A DNA stretch of 64,000 bases from a virus. Location: positions 37,887-101,886 of the IMG/VR virus record IMGVR_UViG_3300028374_000008; one strand, 5' to 3'. The notes under the pieces were generated by a model. It searched no databases and had not been told where the DNA came from. It saw nothing but the letters and a program-made list of their open reading frames with translations. Shown here one piece after another: positions 49,635-59,771 of the stretch (its first letter is position 1; each line of letters begins with the position of its first letter). The position numbers were made by a program, and so were the translations under genes.

Positions 49635-50894
49635 ATGAACGAAAAGGAATTCGTTAACAAACTCAAACGGCTGGTTGATAAGCTCGAGTACATGCTGTCT
49701 GACAGGTCAGACTGGGCCGCGCCTCAAGAGCTCATGGATGTGGCACATACAATAGGCAGGCTCGGCGAAGACGCTCCGCCTTTTGCCCCGCACATGGCCG
49801 ATCTAGCGCGCCGCTCAGAAACGGCTCTCAAACGTACATTCGATTACGTTGCCCAGCCTCCCATCAACCACGCACTCCCCAAGCACCCCTACGAGCGCTA
49901 CGTGGCAGGGTTCGGTATGGATGCAAGATCAGTAGACGACGCAGAGGAAAAACTGCAGCGTCTCATTGAGGCCCCCCCGGACAAATCTTTTATCCAAAAC
50001 ATGGTGGTTGCGTACGAGTACGCAGGTAAGAACACGTACAAGCTACCCGCGCCGCTGGTAGGTATGTTCTTGCACACCAACTTAGACAACGTCACGACGT
50101 CGCGTCTCCCGCCGGCGCCGCATGCAACATTCTGGGTGGACCTTTCGGGGTACCCGCTTCACATCTACTCCCCGGATACGCTGGAGCCTATGCCGATCTC
50201 CGGCTTCATGTGGCACGACACGTACAAAGAGACCGGCCAGCGCGCCATACGCGTCCTGGCATGGGCGCCCGAGCTGCCCTCTGCAACGCACTTCGGCGAG
50301 GACGCACACCTCACGTCCGGGTTGGATTTCGGCGTAGATGACCTGACGACGGGTGACGTCTTACAGACCTTCCACGACCACACGTACAAGCGACATGAGG
50401 CGTTGTATGATGCGGGACCGCATGACCGTGCGTGGACGGACACCTACACGCTCTCTGCCTGCATGGAGATTGGGTTTAATCTGTTGCTGTACTTGGACGC
50501 TGACCCAGATCTTGCACTGACTGTCTTTGATGAGAAACGCCGCGAGCTCGAAGACAAGATTGCGCGTGGTACCAAACGCGGGCGTATGTCGAGCTCTGCA
50601 CGACGCGCCAAGAAGCAGCTCCAGGAGACGCCGTCCGGCAACGTCACACTCGTGGCCCCTGCGGTTGTCAAAGCGCTCAAGGCACAGCAAGACGATCTCG
50701 AGAAGAAAGCGTCGACGTCGTCAGATGAAGACAGCTCGAGTAAGGTGCGTCTACACATGGTACGTGGGCACTGGCGAAACCAACCGTTTGGCCCTCGCGA
50801 TTCACCGTCGTACCGTCAGGTGTGGATCAAACCGCACTTAAAGGGCGACCCTGCGTTGGGCTTGCCCGACGGGAAGACTTACTACGTGCGGTAG
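49635..50894 (+). CDS. Hypothetical phage protein
   Basis: 419 aa; C-terminal HMVRGHWRNQPFG..WIKPH.KG motif. Confidence 0.8.
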   Translation: MNEKEFVNKLKRLVDKLEYMLSDRSDWAAPQELMDVAHTIGRLGEDAPPFAPHMADLARRSETALKRTFDYVAQPPINHALPKHPYERYVAGFGMDARSVDDAEEKLQRLIEAPPDKSFIQNMVVAYEYAGKNTYKLPAPLVGMFLHTNLDNVTTSRLPPAPHATFWVDLSGYPLHIYSPDTLEPMPISGFMWHDTYKETGQRAIRVLAWAPELPSATHFGEDAHLTSGLDFGVDDLTTGDVLQTFHDHTYKRHEALYDAGPHDRAWTDTYTLSACMEIGFNLLLYLDADPDLALTVFDEKRRELEDKIARGTKRGRMSSSARRAKKQLQETPSGNVTLVAPAVVKALKAQQDDLEKKASTSSDEDSSSKVRLHMVRGHWRNQPFGPRDSPSYRQVWIKPHLKGDPALGLPDGKTYYVR

Positions 50895-51293
50895 CTATGC
50901 GGCCAAAGACAATGGTGAGTGTCCCCATCATCAGTCCGGGACAAACCATTCGAGGGTACGGACTCGTCGTTGTGACAGGTTCGTACCCATTCCTTGCATA
51001 CTTGTTAGGTGAGCTCTATCCCGTCAACGTGTTCATTGCGTCGCGTGACGAGCCCGCCCAGGAATTCGTCCAAGAGTTCCTTTCCGAGCACGACCCTCCC
51101 TGGGAGTTGCGAGACGTGCGGTACGTGCGCCAATCTTCCTCTCTTCTACTAGATACCCTCGACCAGTTTCTTTACTACGACGTACCCCTGCGTCATTGAC
51201 AACCGACAGCCTTCTTATTTAATGTGCCTCAAGAAGCGCAACGCTTCTATACTCCGCCCTGTGCAGGGGTTGAGACGCACACACTACGCCAAC

Positions 51294-51323
51294 AAAAGGG
51301 GTAGCCTTCGGGCTGCCCTTTTT
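51294..51323 (+). terminator. Intrinsic terminator
   Basis: AAAAGGGGTAGCC-TTCG-GGCTGCCCTTTTT. Confidence 0.8.
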
Positions 51324-51345
51324 GTGTTTCCCCTACGGAGCTTAT

Positions 51346-52062
51346 ATGCACTCAAAACTTATCGAGATCTCTCTCGACTACGACGACATGAAGCCTGCCT
51401 ACCAGCCGGCCGAGCCCTACGACTACAAGACGCACACGATGCTCGTGTTCAGCCATGACGACGACATGTACGTCGCCGCCCAGCAAGTAGACACGGTGGG
51501 CGGTATGTCGACTGTCCGGTCCCTCGCCATGAGTCTGCGCGTCCACGGTCACACCTTTGACGACTTCACCGGGTTTGGCCACATCCCTGTGACATGCTAC
51601 CGGTTATTTGATGTTGTGCGCTTGTACGACGTCGCCATCCGCCGCCGCGCCAAGCAGCCGGGTCCTTCCTACAAAAAACACTGTACGTGGCGCAAATTCT
51701 ACAACGGCCTCCTCTTAGAGGTCCCGCGCCTGGCGGGCGTCGACACCCACGAGATAAAGGTCACGGCGACCTACAACAACCAGGGGTGGCGAATCGACTA
51801 CCACCCCCTCGCAGGCGCTGAGCCGAGTGTGCCAGAAGAAAAAGACATCGAAGACATTGAGACAGGCGACGACGTCGACAAGTGGCTAAGCGGTGCCAAC
51901 AGCGAAGACGTTCTGGGTGTGGACGTCGAGGAAATTGAGCGTGTCAAAGCAGCAGGTCAGGCGCACAAAGAGAGCGTCATGGATGCACTGGACGCGATCT
52001 ACGCCATTGATATGGCGCCGAGTAAGCGCCGTGCGCTGGTCACGCAGTTGTTGTTTGGTTAA
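51346..52062 (+). CDS. Hypothetical protein
   Basis: GGAG RBS, 238 aa. Confidence 0.75.
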   Translation: MHSKLIEISLDYDDMKPAYQPAEPYDYKTHTMLVFSHDDDMYVAAQQVDTVGGMSTVRSLAMSLRVHGHTFDDFTGFGHIPVTCYRLFDVVRLYDVAIRRRAKQPGPSYKKHCTWRKFYNGLLLEVPRLAGVDTHEIKVTATYNNQGWRIDYHPLAGAEPSVPEEKDIEDIETGDDVDKWLSGANSEDVLGVDVEEIERVKAAGQAHKESVMDALDAIYAIDMAPSKRRALVTQLLFG

Positions 52063-52138
52063 GCCGTTGGCAGAGATGTGGAGGTCGAGCCCCATCTTTG
52101 CTACACGCGTCGCCCGTGCACCGGGCGGCGCTTTTTTT

Positions 52139-52232
52139 GGCAGTGAAGCGTCGGCGGCTCGTACCGTCATCAGGCAGGTGCCAACGTTAATGGAGGTTGA
52201 TCGCCGTGTGGGTTCGAATCCCACCGCTGCCA
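52139..52232 (+). ncRNA. tRNA-like RNA (acceptor and T arm intact, atypical D/anticodon region)
   Basis: GGCAGTG/CGCTGCC acceptor stem; GTGGG-TTCGAAT-CCCAC T arm. Confidence 0.6.
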
Positions 52233-52309
52233 CTCGTCGCCCATGGGCGATTGAAGGGGAATGTCGCACCCCGCCCTAACCAAACAGGGCCAATGAAGTA
52301 CCGCGATGG

Positions 52310-52404
52310 TGCGAGATAAGTGCGAGGTTTCGAGCGTCTGATTGGCGCGTACTCGTGGAAGCGGAGCTCATCACTCCGTGCAGGGTCGAATCCTGCTCTC
52401 GTAT
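52310..52404 (+). ncRNA. tRNA-like RNA
   Basis: TGCGAGA/TCTCGTA acceptor, GCGGAG/CTCCGT arm, GCAGG-GTCGAAT-CCTGC T arm. Confidence 0.5.
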
Positions 52405-52532
52405 TGGCCGGCAGGCCACGTAGTGCTCACGATACGTGCGCACAGGGTCGCTCCCTGTGGACACAGCGCTCGGTGCAAGTCCGTGGCCCCTGCCCCAACC
52501 GGGTAGGGGAGCTAAGAGAGCGGCTGTTTTTT

Positions 52533-52594
52533 GGCGAGGCAAGGCGCAGCAATGCTGCGATGCTGAAAGGTAGGTTCGACTCCCACCCTCGCCC
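52533..52594 (+). ncRNA. Minimal tRNA-like RNA
   Basis: GGCGAGG/CCTCGCC acceptor, CGCAGC-AAT-GCTGCG hairpin, TTCGACT T loop. Confidence 0.45.
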
Positions 52595-52629
52595 CTTTAA
52601 CCTTCCCCCTACAACCTACACGGAAAAAC

Positions 52630-52926
52630 ATGGGCCAATATTTCTACATCGTAAATCTCGACAAGAACGAAAAGATCCACCCGCACAAGTTTGACGATGG
52701 CCTCAAAATGAGCGAGCTCAACAACTCGCTCACTGCGCTCTCTATGCTCCTGGCGACAGGCGAAGGTATCGAGGGAAGATGGGCGGGAGACCGCATCGCT
52801 GTGATCGGCGACTACAATGCCAACCCCGAACTAAAAACAGCGTTCGAAACGTCGGTAGACATCTCCGAGGACGTCAAGGCCGCGTTGCGCGGACGCTTTC
52901 CATGGTTAGACTGGGGAGGCGCGTAA
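52630..52926 (+). CDS. Hypothetical phage protein
   Basis: MGQYFYIVNLDK.E...GRWAGDRI..IGDY motif. Confidence 0.8.
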   Translation: MGQYFYIVNLDKNEKIHPHKFDDGLKMSELNNSLTALSMLLATGEGIEGRWAGDRIAVIGDYNANPELKTAFETSVDISEDVKAALRGRFPWLDWGGA

Positions 52927-52951
52927 AGTGGGTACTTGTAAAGGAACACCA

Positions 52952-54118
52952 ATGCGTAACTGGCGTAAGAAAGCTGACAAAATCATAAACCTTTTGAGTG
53001 ATGTTAGTAGCTCTATCATTCACTTCCAAAACAACCCAACCCTGTTGGGAGGGGTTGCCTTAGGTGCTGCGACGTACGCCAATTGGTCTTGCATGTCGTA
53101 TAATGAGCTGCGTACCTACTGGTCCGACGACCATTACATTCTGGGCGTTCCGTACAAACAGACCGTCTGGGACGCCATGGAAGAGACAGGAAATCTTACT
53201 CTTACCAAAAAGACCCAAGACGGGCACGTGTCTCTGTGGGTTTACAAAACAGATGCAATAGAAATGGGGTGGCGTGTCGACAGAGACAATCCAGAGCCCA
53301 CAGGGCCGTTTATCCCGTCGAACGTGCCCAATGAAGTCGCGAGCCAGGCGGTCGCAGCGTTGTTATGGGAGAAGTACGGTAAAAACATAGCGATTATTTC
53401 AACCGAAGGCGGGCACAAGATCGGTGCAGACATTTTGAACGACGTACTGCCTTCGGAGACAGCGCGTGGTATATACGATGACCTGGTTGAGCTACGGAAA
53501 CTGGGCGATAGAGCAGTCCTTATCCATGGTGAGCCTGGCACCGGTAAGTCAGAGATCGCGAAGTGGGTGGCCCATGAACTTGGTGGCCGGACCGTGCGTA
53601 TGGACCGGGACACCGCTTCATCACGTGCTGTGATAACGATGGTTAAAGGCCTGCACCCCGCCGCGGTCATCATTGACGACATCGACCACGCAAGCGGTGA
53701 GATGATCTTTGCGTTTGAGTCTCTCAAACGTGCCTGTGGTACCGTCATCGCAACGGCGAACAACGTGTCCAAGCTTAACCCTGCCATGCTACGCCCCGGA
53801 CGCTTTGACTCCCTAATAGAGGTGACTCAGCTAGATCAAAGCGTTTACGACTTGCTTACGCGTGGGTTTTCCTCTGACGAGTGCGCGATGTTAGAAGGGC
53901 TGCCTGTAGCGTACATCGAAGAGTACCGAAAACTACGTCAAGCTCTAGGCGTGGCGCGGGCCAAGACGCGTTACCTGGAGCTCCGAAAACGACGCCAAGA
54001 CATCGCTTCGTCCTTTCATGTAAAATGGGACCCCGACACGGAGGGCCGCACGCCAAGACGTGGGCTTACACAGAAAGCATCTGAAAACTTTACAAAGACG
54101 AAGCCGTTTAGTGGGTAG
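52952..54118 (+). CDS. AAA+ ATPase
   Basis: GEPGTGKS, IIDDID, TAN..LNPAMLRPGRFD. Confidence 0.88.
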   Translation: MRNWRKKADKIINLLSDVSSSIIHFQNNPTLLGGVALGAATYANWSCMSYNELRTYWSDDHYILGVPYKQTVWDAMEETGNLTLTKKTQDGHVSLWVYKTDAIEMGWRVDRDNPEPTGPFIPSNVPNEVASQAVAALLWEKYGKNIAIISTEGGHKIGADILNDVLPSETARGIYDDLVELRKLGDRAVLIHGEPGTGKSEIAKWVAHELGGRTVRMDRDTASSRAVITMVKGLHPAAVIIDDIDHASGEMIFAFESLKRACGTVIATANNVSKLNPAMLRPGRFDSLIEVTQLDQSVYDLLTRGFSSDECAMLEGLPVAYIEEYRKLRQALGVARAKTRYLELRKRRQDIASSFHVKWDPDTEGRTPRRGLTQKASENFTKTKPFSG

Positions 54119-54194
54119 CTGACGATTAGCCCCCGGCAGCGTGAAAGGGTGCCTCAGGATGGGGGCGCCCGGGGTTTGATACCCCGCCCACTAC
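54109..54194 (+). ncRNA. tRNA-like RNA (fold resembling a tmRNA tRNA-like domain)
   Basis: TAGTGGG/CCCACTA acceptor, unpaired D region, GCCCCC/GGGGGC stem, CGGGG-TTTGATA-CCCCG T arm. Confidence 0.5.
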
Positions 54195-54292
54195 TTCACA
54201 CAGCGCGTTGCACTTTGCGTTATCAGTAAGAGTGCTAATGCTTCAGTCAGGCAACGCGTTGGGTGCCCGGTCACATAGTGTGGCCGGGGTTT

Positions 54293-54365
54293 GCCGCAAT
54301 AGCTCAATTGGCAGAGCAGCTGCTTTGTAAGCAGCAGGTTCAGGGTTCGAATCCCTGTTGTGGCT
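54293..54365 (+). tRNA. tRNA-Thr(UGU)
   Basis: Canonical cloverleaf with anticodon arm GCTGC-TTTGTAA-GCAGC; no encoded CCA. Confidence 0.92.
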
Positions 54366-54584
54366 TAGCAGCACCCCACTAAGGGGCATTTCAGCCAACA
54401 ACAAGGGGAGTTAAAGACGCCGTCCATACGCTGACGCGGTTCGGCTTCACGCATGACAAAGGACGGGAAACCGCAAAAACCGCCCACCGGCACTACTATG
54501 ATGTGTGAAGGTGCGTGGCTGTATCAACACACAGAGGAAAACCAACATGAAACTTACCACCACATACGAGCAGGCTAAGCAGAG

Positions 54585-55160
54585 CTACGTACCGAGAGCT
54601 CAAGAAGGAACAGGAGCAGACATGAAATACAAAGAAACACGCACGGGCATCCGCGACCGTTCTGCGTGGGGCAGGGGTCCCTGGGACGACGACGATATGG
54701 AAGACGAAGATCTATACGACCCCGCTGAGACGCATTGCTATTGCGGCTGCGAACTAACCCCACAAGAGGGCGCGGACGACTTCTGTGCGGCCTGCGCGCG
54801 AATGGACGCCGTCGAGATGCGGCGCACGACACTGGAGTTCGACGATGTTTAGGCATGAGTACGACAAGTGCGACTGCGGAACGAAGAAGAACGTAAAAAA
54901 CAGCCAATGCTTTTCCTGCAGTCAAGTAGACGACACCCCGGAGCCTGAGGTTATTTTGATGGTGCCGATGTCAAAGAAGAACGTGCGCCGGTTCGCCTTC
55001 TGGGACAACACCGTCCCCAAAGAGGTGCGACGATCGTGCAAAGAGGTACTCACTACGTACCGAGAGCTCAAGAAGGAACAGGAGCAGACATGAAATACAA
55101 AGAAACACGCACGGGCATCCGCGACCGTTCTGCGTGGGGCAGGGGTCCCTGGGACGACGA
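54585..55160 (+). repeat. 108-bp perfect direct repeat (54585-54692 and 55053-55160)
   Basis: Identical sequence CTACGTACCGAGAGCTCAAG...CCCTGGGACGACGA. Confidence 0.9.
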
Positions 55161-55539
55161 ACCGGACTACGCTCACTGGATTGACGAGAAGACGGGGCTG
55201 CCCTGCCTCGTTGTGCGGAACAATCTCGGAGGGCTGTGCGGCTACGTCGGTGTCGGAGCACCACATGCGATGTACGAAAACGACTACGCGCTGCACTACG
55301 ACATACACGTCCACGGCGGGCTAACGTATTCTGACGCGTGCCAGGGCATGATCTGTCACGACCCCGAAGAGGGCGAAGACCACGTGTGGTGGTTCGGGTT
55401 TGATTGTGCCCACGCAGGTGACTCCGCCCCCAGTATAGGTATCTCCAACAGTCGCGACACCTACCGCGACATGGCCTACGTAATAAGCGAAGTCGAAGAC
55501 CTCGCCAGACAACTTAAAGAAAGAGAGGAGGACGTATGA
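55090..55539 (+). CDS. Hypothetical phage protein
   Basis: LCGYVGV..VHGGLTYS..WWFGFDCAH.GD motif. Confidence 0.85.
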   Translation: MKYKETRTGIRDRSAWGRGPWDDEPDYAHWIDEKTGLPCLVVRNNLGGLCGYVGVGAPHAMYENDYALHYDIHVHGGLTYSDACQGMICHDPEEGEDHVWWFGFDCAHAGDSAPSIGISNSRDTYRDMAYVISEVEDLARQLKEREEDV

Positions 55540-55778
55540 ACGGAGGACGAGAAGAAGGCGACGCAATCTGTAAGGTGTGCGGTGAGTGGTACTGGTTTGA
55601 GGTAGGCGTGGGCGGCGAAATATATTGGCTACGACACCGTGATGCCTCTTCACACTGTACAGGAGATCCCAAAAGGACAGGCCACGCCTGACAACGTCTG
55701 GCTCAACAAAAAGAACACTTACATCTCAGCCAAGCGCTCAGCCAAGCGCGACATTGTCTTTATGACGTATGACTGGGA

Positions 55779-56477
55779 ATGACACTTACGCCTTGTCGAA
55801 AATGCCCTCTACATAACGGAACCTTTATGCCCGACCAACAAGAACTCAATCTTCCCCGTGTGCGTACCCCACGTCCCCAGCGCGTAGACCTACACAACCA
55901 GATCGTTGACGCACTGTTGGACAAGCTCAAGACACGCTGGCCAGACGCAAGACGTAGCGCCGCTGAGGTGGTTTACGACTACGATTACGCAGACGGGTAC
56001 GAGCTTGCAAAAGAGCTTGAGGACAACGGCTATTACGGTCTGGGCCTCGACGATGCTTCCTTTTTGGACGGCATGAGCTGGGTGTCCTCCCGCGTTGTCG
56101 ACGACGCACAAGAAGAGTGGTGGGCCCGCCAGCCCGATGACGATAGAAACCGCATCCAAGTCGGCGACGTTGTTCGCTTCCCGTTTCGCGAGGAGCACCA
56201 CACCGGTGAGGTCTATGACATCGACCTTACCGGGTTCGCCTGTGTGCGCTGCAAAGAGCTTGGCCACGTGCCTTCATGGCAGTTTGGTATACAGGACATA
56301 TACATCCCCGTGGAAAAGCTTGAGCGGTGTGTGCGCGTGGTCCTAACAGAAGACGACGCAAAAGCGTGGGCGGACATCGCCCCAGAAGAGTATGAGCCTT
56401 CTGCTGAGCACCTGGTGCGGCTGTCAGAAGCTTGCAGCCGGGGGCTCCCAACAAACCCAACATCTGAGGAACCCTAA
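55779..56477 (+). CDS. Hypothetical protein
   Basis: Long ORF in the plus-strand gene run; start uncertain. Confidence 0.7.
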   Translation: MTLTPCRKCPLHNGTFMPDQQELNLPRVRTPRPQRVDLHNQIVDALLDKLKTRWPDARRSAAEVVYDYDYADGYELAKELEDNGYYGLGLDDASFLDGMSWVSSRVVDDAQEEWWARQPDDDRNRIQVGDVVRFPFREEHHTGEVYDIDLTGFACVRCKELGHVPSWQFGIQDIYIPVEKLERCVRVVLTEDDAKAWADIAPEEYEPSAEHLVRLSEACSRGLPTNPTSEEP

Positions 56478-56479
56478 AC

Positions 56480-57019
56480 ATGCTACCCGAACCTCCCGAA
56501 CAACCTATCGTCGCCGATGAAAAAGGCGTTATCCGTTTCTTAAAGAACAGTATCGTAAGCTACTTGCTGGATGAAGGCCCTTTCGACATGAACCACCTGG
56601 CGATGTGCGACTTCCACGACGCTGACCGCGTGCAGTTTGCACAGCTCATCGGCTACTCCGTCGATGGCTTCTGTGATTTATCCTACGCCACAGACCGCGC
56701 GGTCGAGCCGTCTCGTGGGCAAGAAGCTTATGAGATCTGGGGCACCGACGGGCATCCCCACTCCGTGTTCTTAGCAGCGCACCGTGACCAATGGCTCGCC
56801 ATCCAGGTCGACTCCACCGACGAAGACGACGAGCAAGGGGGCATCCCAGAGTGCATGCTCGAGTTTGAGGCCCAGTCTTGTGACGAGGCGTTTTCTTTTT
56901 TCCAGGCGTATGCACATGGACAGCCCACATGGCCTGCTGCGTACCACCTCAACAAGCAGAGTGTGTACGACTTACAGCGCGGCTACCACCGCGGGATGGT
57001 CGCACGTGCGTCGGAGTAG
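56480..57019 (+). CDS. Hypothetical phage protein
   Basis: GVIRF..N.IV.YLLD...DMN.L....F...D..QFAQLIGYS..GF.DLSY motif. Confidence 0.75.
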   Translation: MLPEPPEQPIVADEKGVIRFLKNSIVSYLLDEGPFDMNHLAMCDFHDADRVQFAQLIGYSVDGFCDLSYATDRAVEPSRGQEAYEIWGTDGHPHSVFLAAHRDQWLAIQVDSTDEDDEQGGIPECMLEFEAQSCDEAFSFFQAYAHGQPTWPAAYHLNKQSVYDLQRGYHRGMVARASE

Positions 57020-57307
57020 GCGAAACGACCTGCGCGCTTTTGTGTATGTGTTGCGCATGCTCGTGTTCTTAGCCAACGGTGCGCGAACACCACCGTTAAA
57101 AGGCAACTACCATGGATGGATTCACCGTCATCATCTACGACGATGCATGGAAGATCACCGTCACCAGCAAACGCGGCTGCTGGGTCAAGGACATGTTCAC
57201 CGCTGCACTGCCGATCGTAGTAGAAAAAGACGCAGACTGGCGCCGGCGGGAGCCAGGATGATGTCTACGCTAAAGCCCGGGAACTACACCAGAACTGGAC
57301 AACTTAA

Positions 57308-57550
57308 ATGGGACGCATACCAGACAACTTACGCAACTTGGACGAGGTCCACGTCACAAAACAGGCCCTGCTCGAAGCGCTCAAGACCAACCTGCACGAA
57401 CACCTCCAGGTCTACGACCACGCCACGGCGGGGTGGGCAGAGACCATGAAAAGCCTGTCGCTTAAGCTTGCGCACGCGTGTGAGGACGGCGACTGGGAAA
57501 AGATTGCTCAGGCACGCGGGCGACATCCGGCAAGCCGAAAAGCCGCGTAG
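57308..57550 (+). CDS. Hypothetical protein, possibly truncated; its stop codon lies inside the following tRNA
   Basis: TAG at 57548-57550 corresponds to tRNA positions 8-10. Confidence 0.5.
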   Translation: MGRIPDNLRNLDEVHVTKQALLEALKTNLHEHLQVYDHATAGWAETMKSLSLKLAHACEDGDWEKIAQARGRHPASRKAA

Positions 57551-57613
57551 CTCAACGGTTAGAGCTGTTGATTCTAAATCAGCTGGTTGCGGGTTCAAAT
57601 CCCGCCGAGGGCA
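57541..57613 (+). tRNA. tRNA with CUA anticodon (amber suppressor-type), imperfect acceptor stem
   Basis: D arm GCTC..GAGC, anticodon arm GTTGA-TTCTAAA-TCAGC (CTA at 57574-57576), T arm GCGGG-TTCAAAT-CCCGC; the 5' acceptor strand pairs poorly with CGAGGGC. Confidence 0.7.
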
Positions 57614-58735
57614 CTATGACACAGCAAGACAAGATCTACGGAGAAATACAGGGGTGTCTCATTACCTGGGCAGACCTTGGTGGCGGCGTATTGTGGACCG
57701 TCATCTCTACACACAGATACAAGCGCAGCGATTACGCAATCGATGCGCAGGTGCTTACGCTACTTCACCAAAACTTACGAGCCTACTGCCGTGACAATTA
57801 ACGCTTACGTAGTAGGCACCAAAATCCTGCACGCTCGCCAGCATCATCTCTACGACGACCGCTGGATCATTGTACCTATAAACTCCTACAGAACCTTCTC
57901 TGACATCGAATCCACGCTCCCGAGGATGCACCGACGTTTGCGCACGTTCTGCCAGTTATGACAAATATAAACATCATCGCGCGTCTGCCCAGACCAGGAG
58001 AGGCGATCTTTTTACGATCAAGCCTTGGCGAGTTTGTCCTGTACTTCAGCCAGAGTTCGGGCTTCGTGGTGATCGCACGTCGCTCCACTCCGGCAGGGGC
58101 GCTGTGCGCGTTGCACTTCTGGGCGCGTCACTATTCACAGTTGGGCCAACCCTACGATGCCTAACGTCACCCTCACTATATCCAGCGAAGACGATACGGC
58201 GCACGGTTTAACCTTTAGGGCTCGATCGGCCTGTACCGCGGGGCAAGCCGAAGACATCTTGCCCCGCTTACATGCGTATGGCCGTATGTTACATCGCTTG
58301 ACTAAACGCTCTACATAACGATACTTAGACTTATGAAACCTTTCTTGTAGATACGCGTTCGCGGCCCACCTCTTGTCGGTGTTTACACAGTAAATCACGC
58401 AACACTTACAAGACCGAATACAATCCACGTGTACGCCACCTGCGCGTACGCATCAAAGAACTTGCCAGTGAAGCACACCACATCCGACACGAAGAGCGTC
58501 AATGCTCGGGCATGGAGAACACCACCGTAAGACTGTCGTGCGCCAGCTTGGGTATGCGTGTGTGCGCGGTGTGCCGTATCCGGGTAGAGCCCCGGGTACG
58601 CCCTCAAGATACGTACATGGCGCCCGCGTGCATTGCGTAAAGCCAAAGAGGTTGCCGTACGTTTTGGCCACGACGCCGATGCGGCAGAGGCCTGGTTTGA
58701 CGTGAGCGATTTATTATCTGCACGGTACTAAGAAT

Positions 58736-58927
58736 GAGCAGCGAGTAAGCGCTGCGTAACACCTTGCTCCAGCGGGCGGTGAGCTAAAACACCCGCAGCA
58801 CAGCGATGCGTATACTTTGTACACTTTCACGGCTGAACTCATAGGCAGCCGCCGTACTAAGGTTCCGGCGCAGGCGCTGTGCCGCTTTGCCCCTCGAGCG
58901 TAATCAAAGAGGGGCGTTTCTATTTTT
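58736..58927 (+). ncRNA. Candidate structured ncRNA ending in an intrinsic terminator
   Basis: Several nested stems, e.g. GCACAGCG/CGCTGTGC enclosing two hairpins; final GCCCCT/AGGGGC plus T-rich tail. Confidence 0.4.
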
Positions 58928-58949
58928 ACGCTACACAGAGGATCCCTCC

Positions 58950-59771
58950 ATGCATTTAAAGCTCATCAACACGCTCAACCTCGCGCGTCTGCGTGACGCA
59001 GCAAACATGTCCCAGACAGCCTTCGCGGACCGGCTTGGTGTTACACAGGGTACGATCAGCGCGTCTGAGAGTAACGGTGTCCCCGTAAAGCGCGTGCCTG
59101 CTTACTACCGCGTGTTCTTCGAGGAGTGCGGCTACCTCGACCCGCTTCCTGTTTTGGTTCCAGGTAAGAAAGCACAGAAACACTACGACCCCATGACAGC
59201 GTTTGGTCAGATGCACCTACCCGACGCTCTCGCTCAGGTCGCGAAGCTTAATGACCGTGTTGAGGGTTTTACGCCCGTACCTGCGTTGGAGCTTAAAAAG
59301 TTCATGAACAACGAGCTCGCCACCGGCTCGCCTTACCTGACGAGCTGTTATGCTCTGTGTGCGGCGGTCGGGGTGCCGACGCGTGCTATGACCCAAGACA
59401 TTGACCTGACGAACATCGGCGCGGTGGTAGCAGAGCTTGCCCGCGACGCCGGTCCGCAGCTGGTTCTGGATGTGATCTACAAGAACGAAGACTTTAAGGC
59501 ACAGTGCGAGCTTCACAACGTCGCGATCCCAGACAACTACAGCGCGCCCGTCGCCAAGCTGTACGACCCGATGGAGAACGCTGACCCGATGCGGCTGTCC
59601 CGTAGCGAAGACCTCATCGAGATGATGGGGCAGGACGACTTTGAAGAGTGGTCCCGGCGTAACTGTGTGCGCTGCTACCGCGCCTCGCCTGAGGTCTTAA
59701 CCCAGCCCTGGCACAGCCCAAAGCTTGGGCGTGACGGGTACCTGTGCCCAGACTGTCAGAACCATGTGTGA
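58950..59771 (+). CDS. XRE-family HTH protein with C-terminal Cys motifs
   Basis: LARLRDAANMSQTAFADRLGVTQGTISASE; CxxC..CxxC. Confidence 0.8.
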   Translation: MHLKLINTLNLARLRDAANMSQTAFADRLGVTQGTISASESNGVPVKRVPAYYRVFFEECGYLDPLPVLVPGKKAQKHYDPMTAFGQMHLPDALAQVAKLNDRVEGFTPVPALELKKFMNNELATGSPYLTSCYALCAAVGVPTRAMTQDIDLTNIGAVVAELARDAGPQLVLDVIYKNEDFKAQCELHNVAIPDNYSAPVAKLYDPMENADPMRLSRSEDLIEMMGQDDFEEWSRRNCVRCYRASPEVLTQPWHSPKLGRDGYLCPDCQNHV

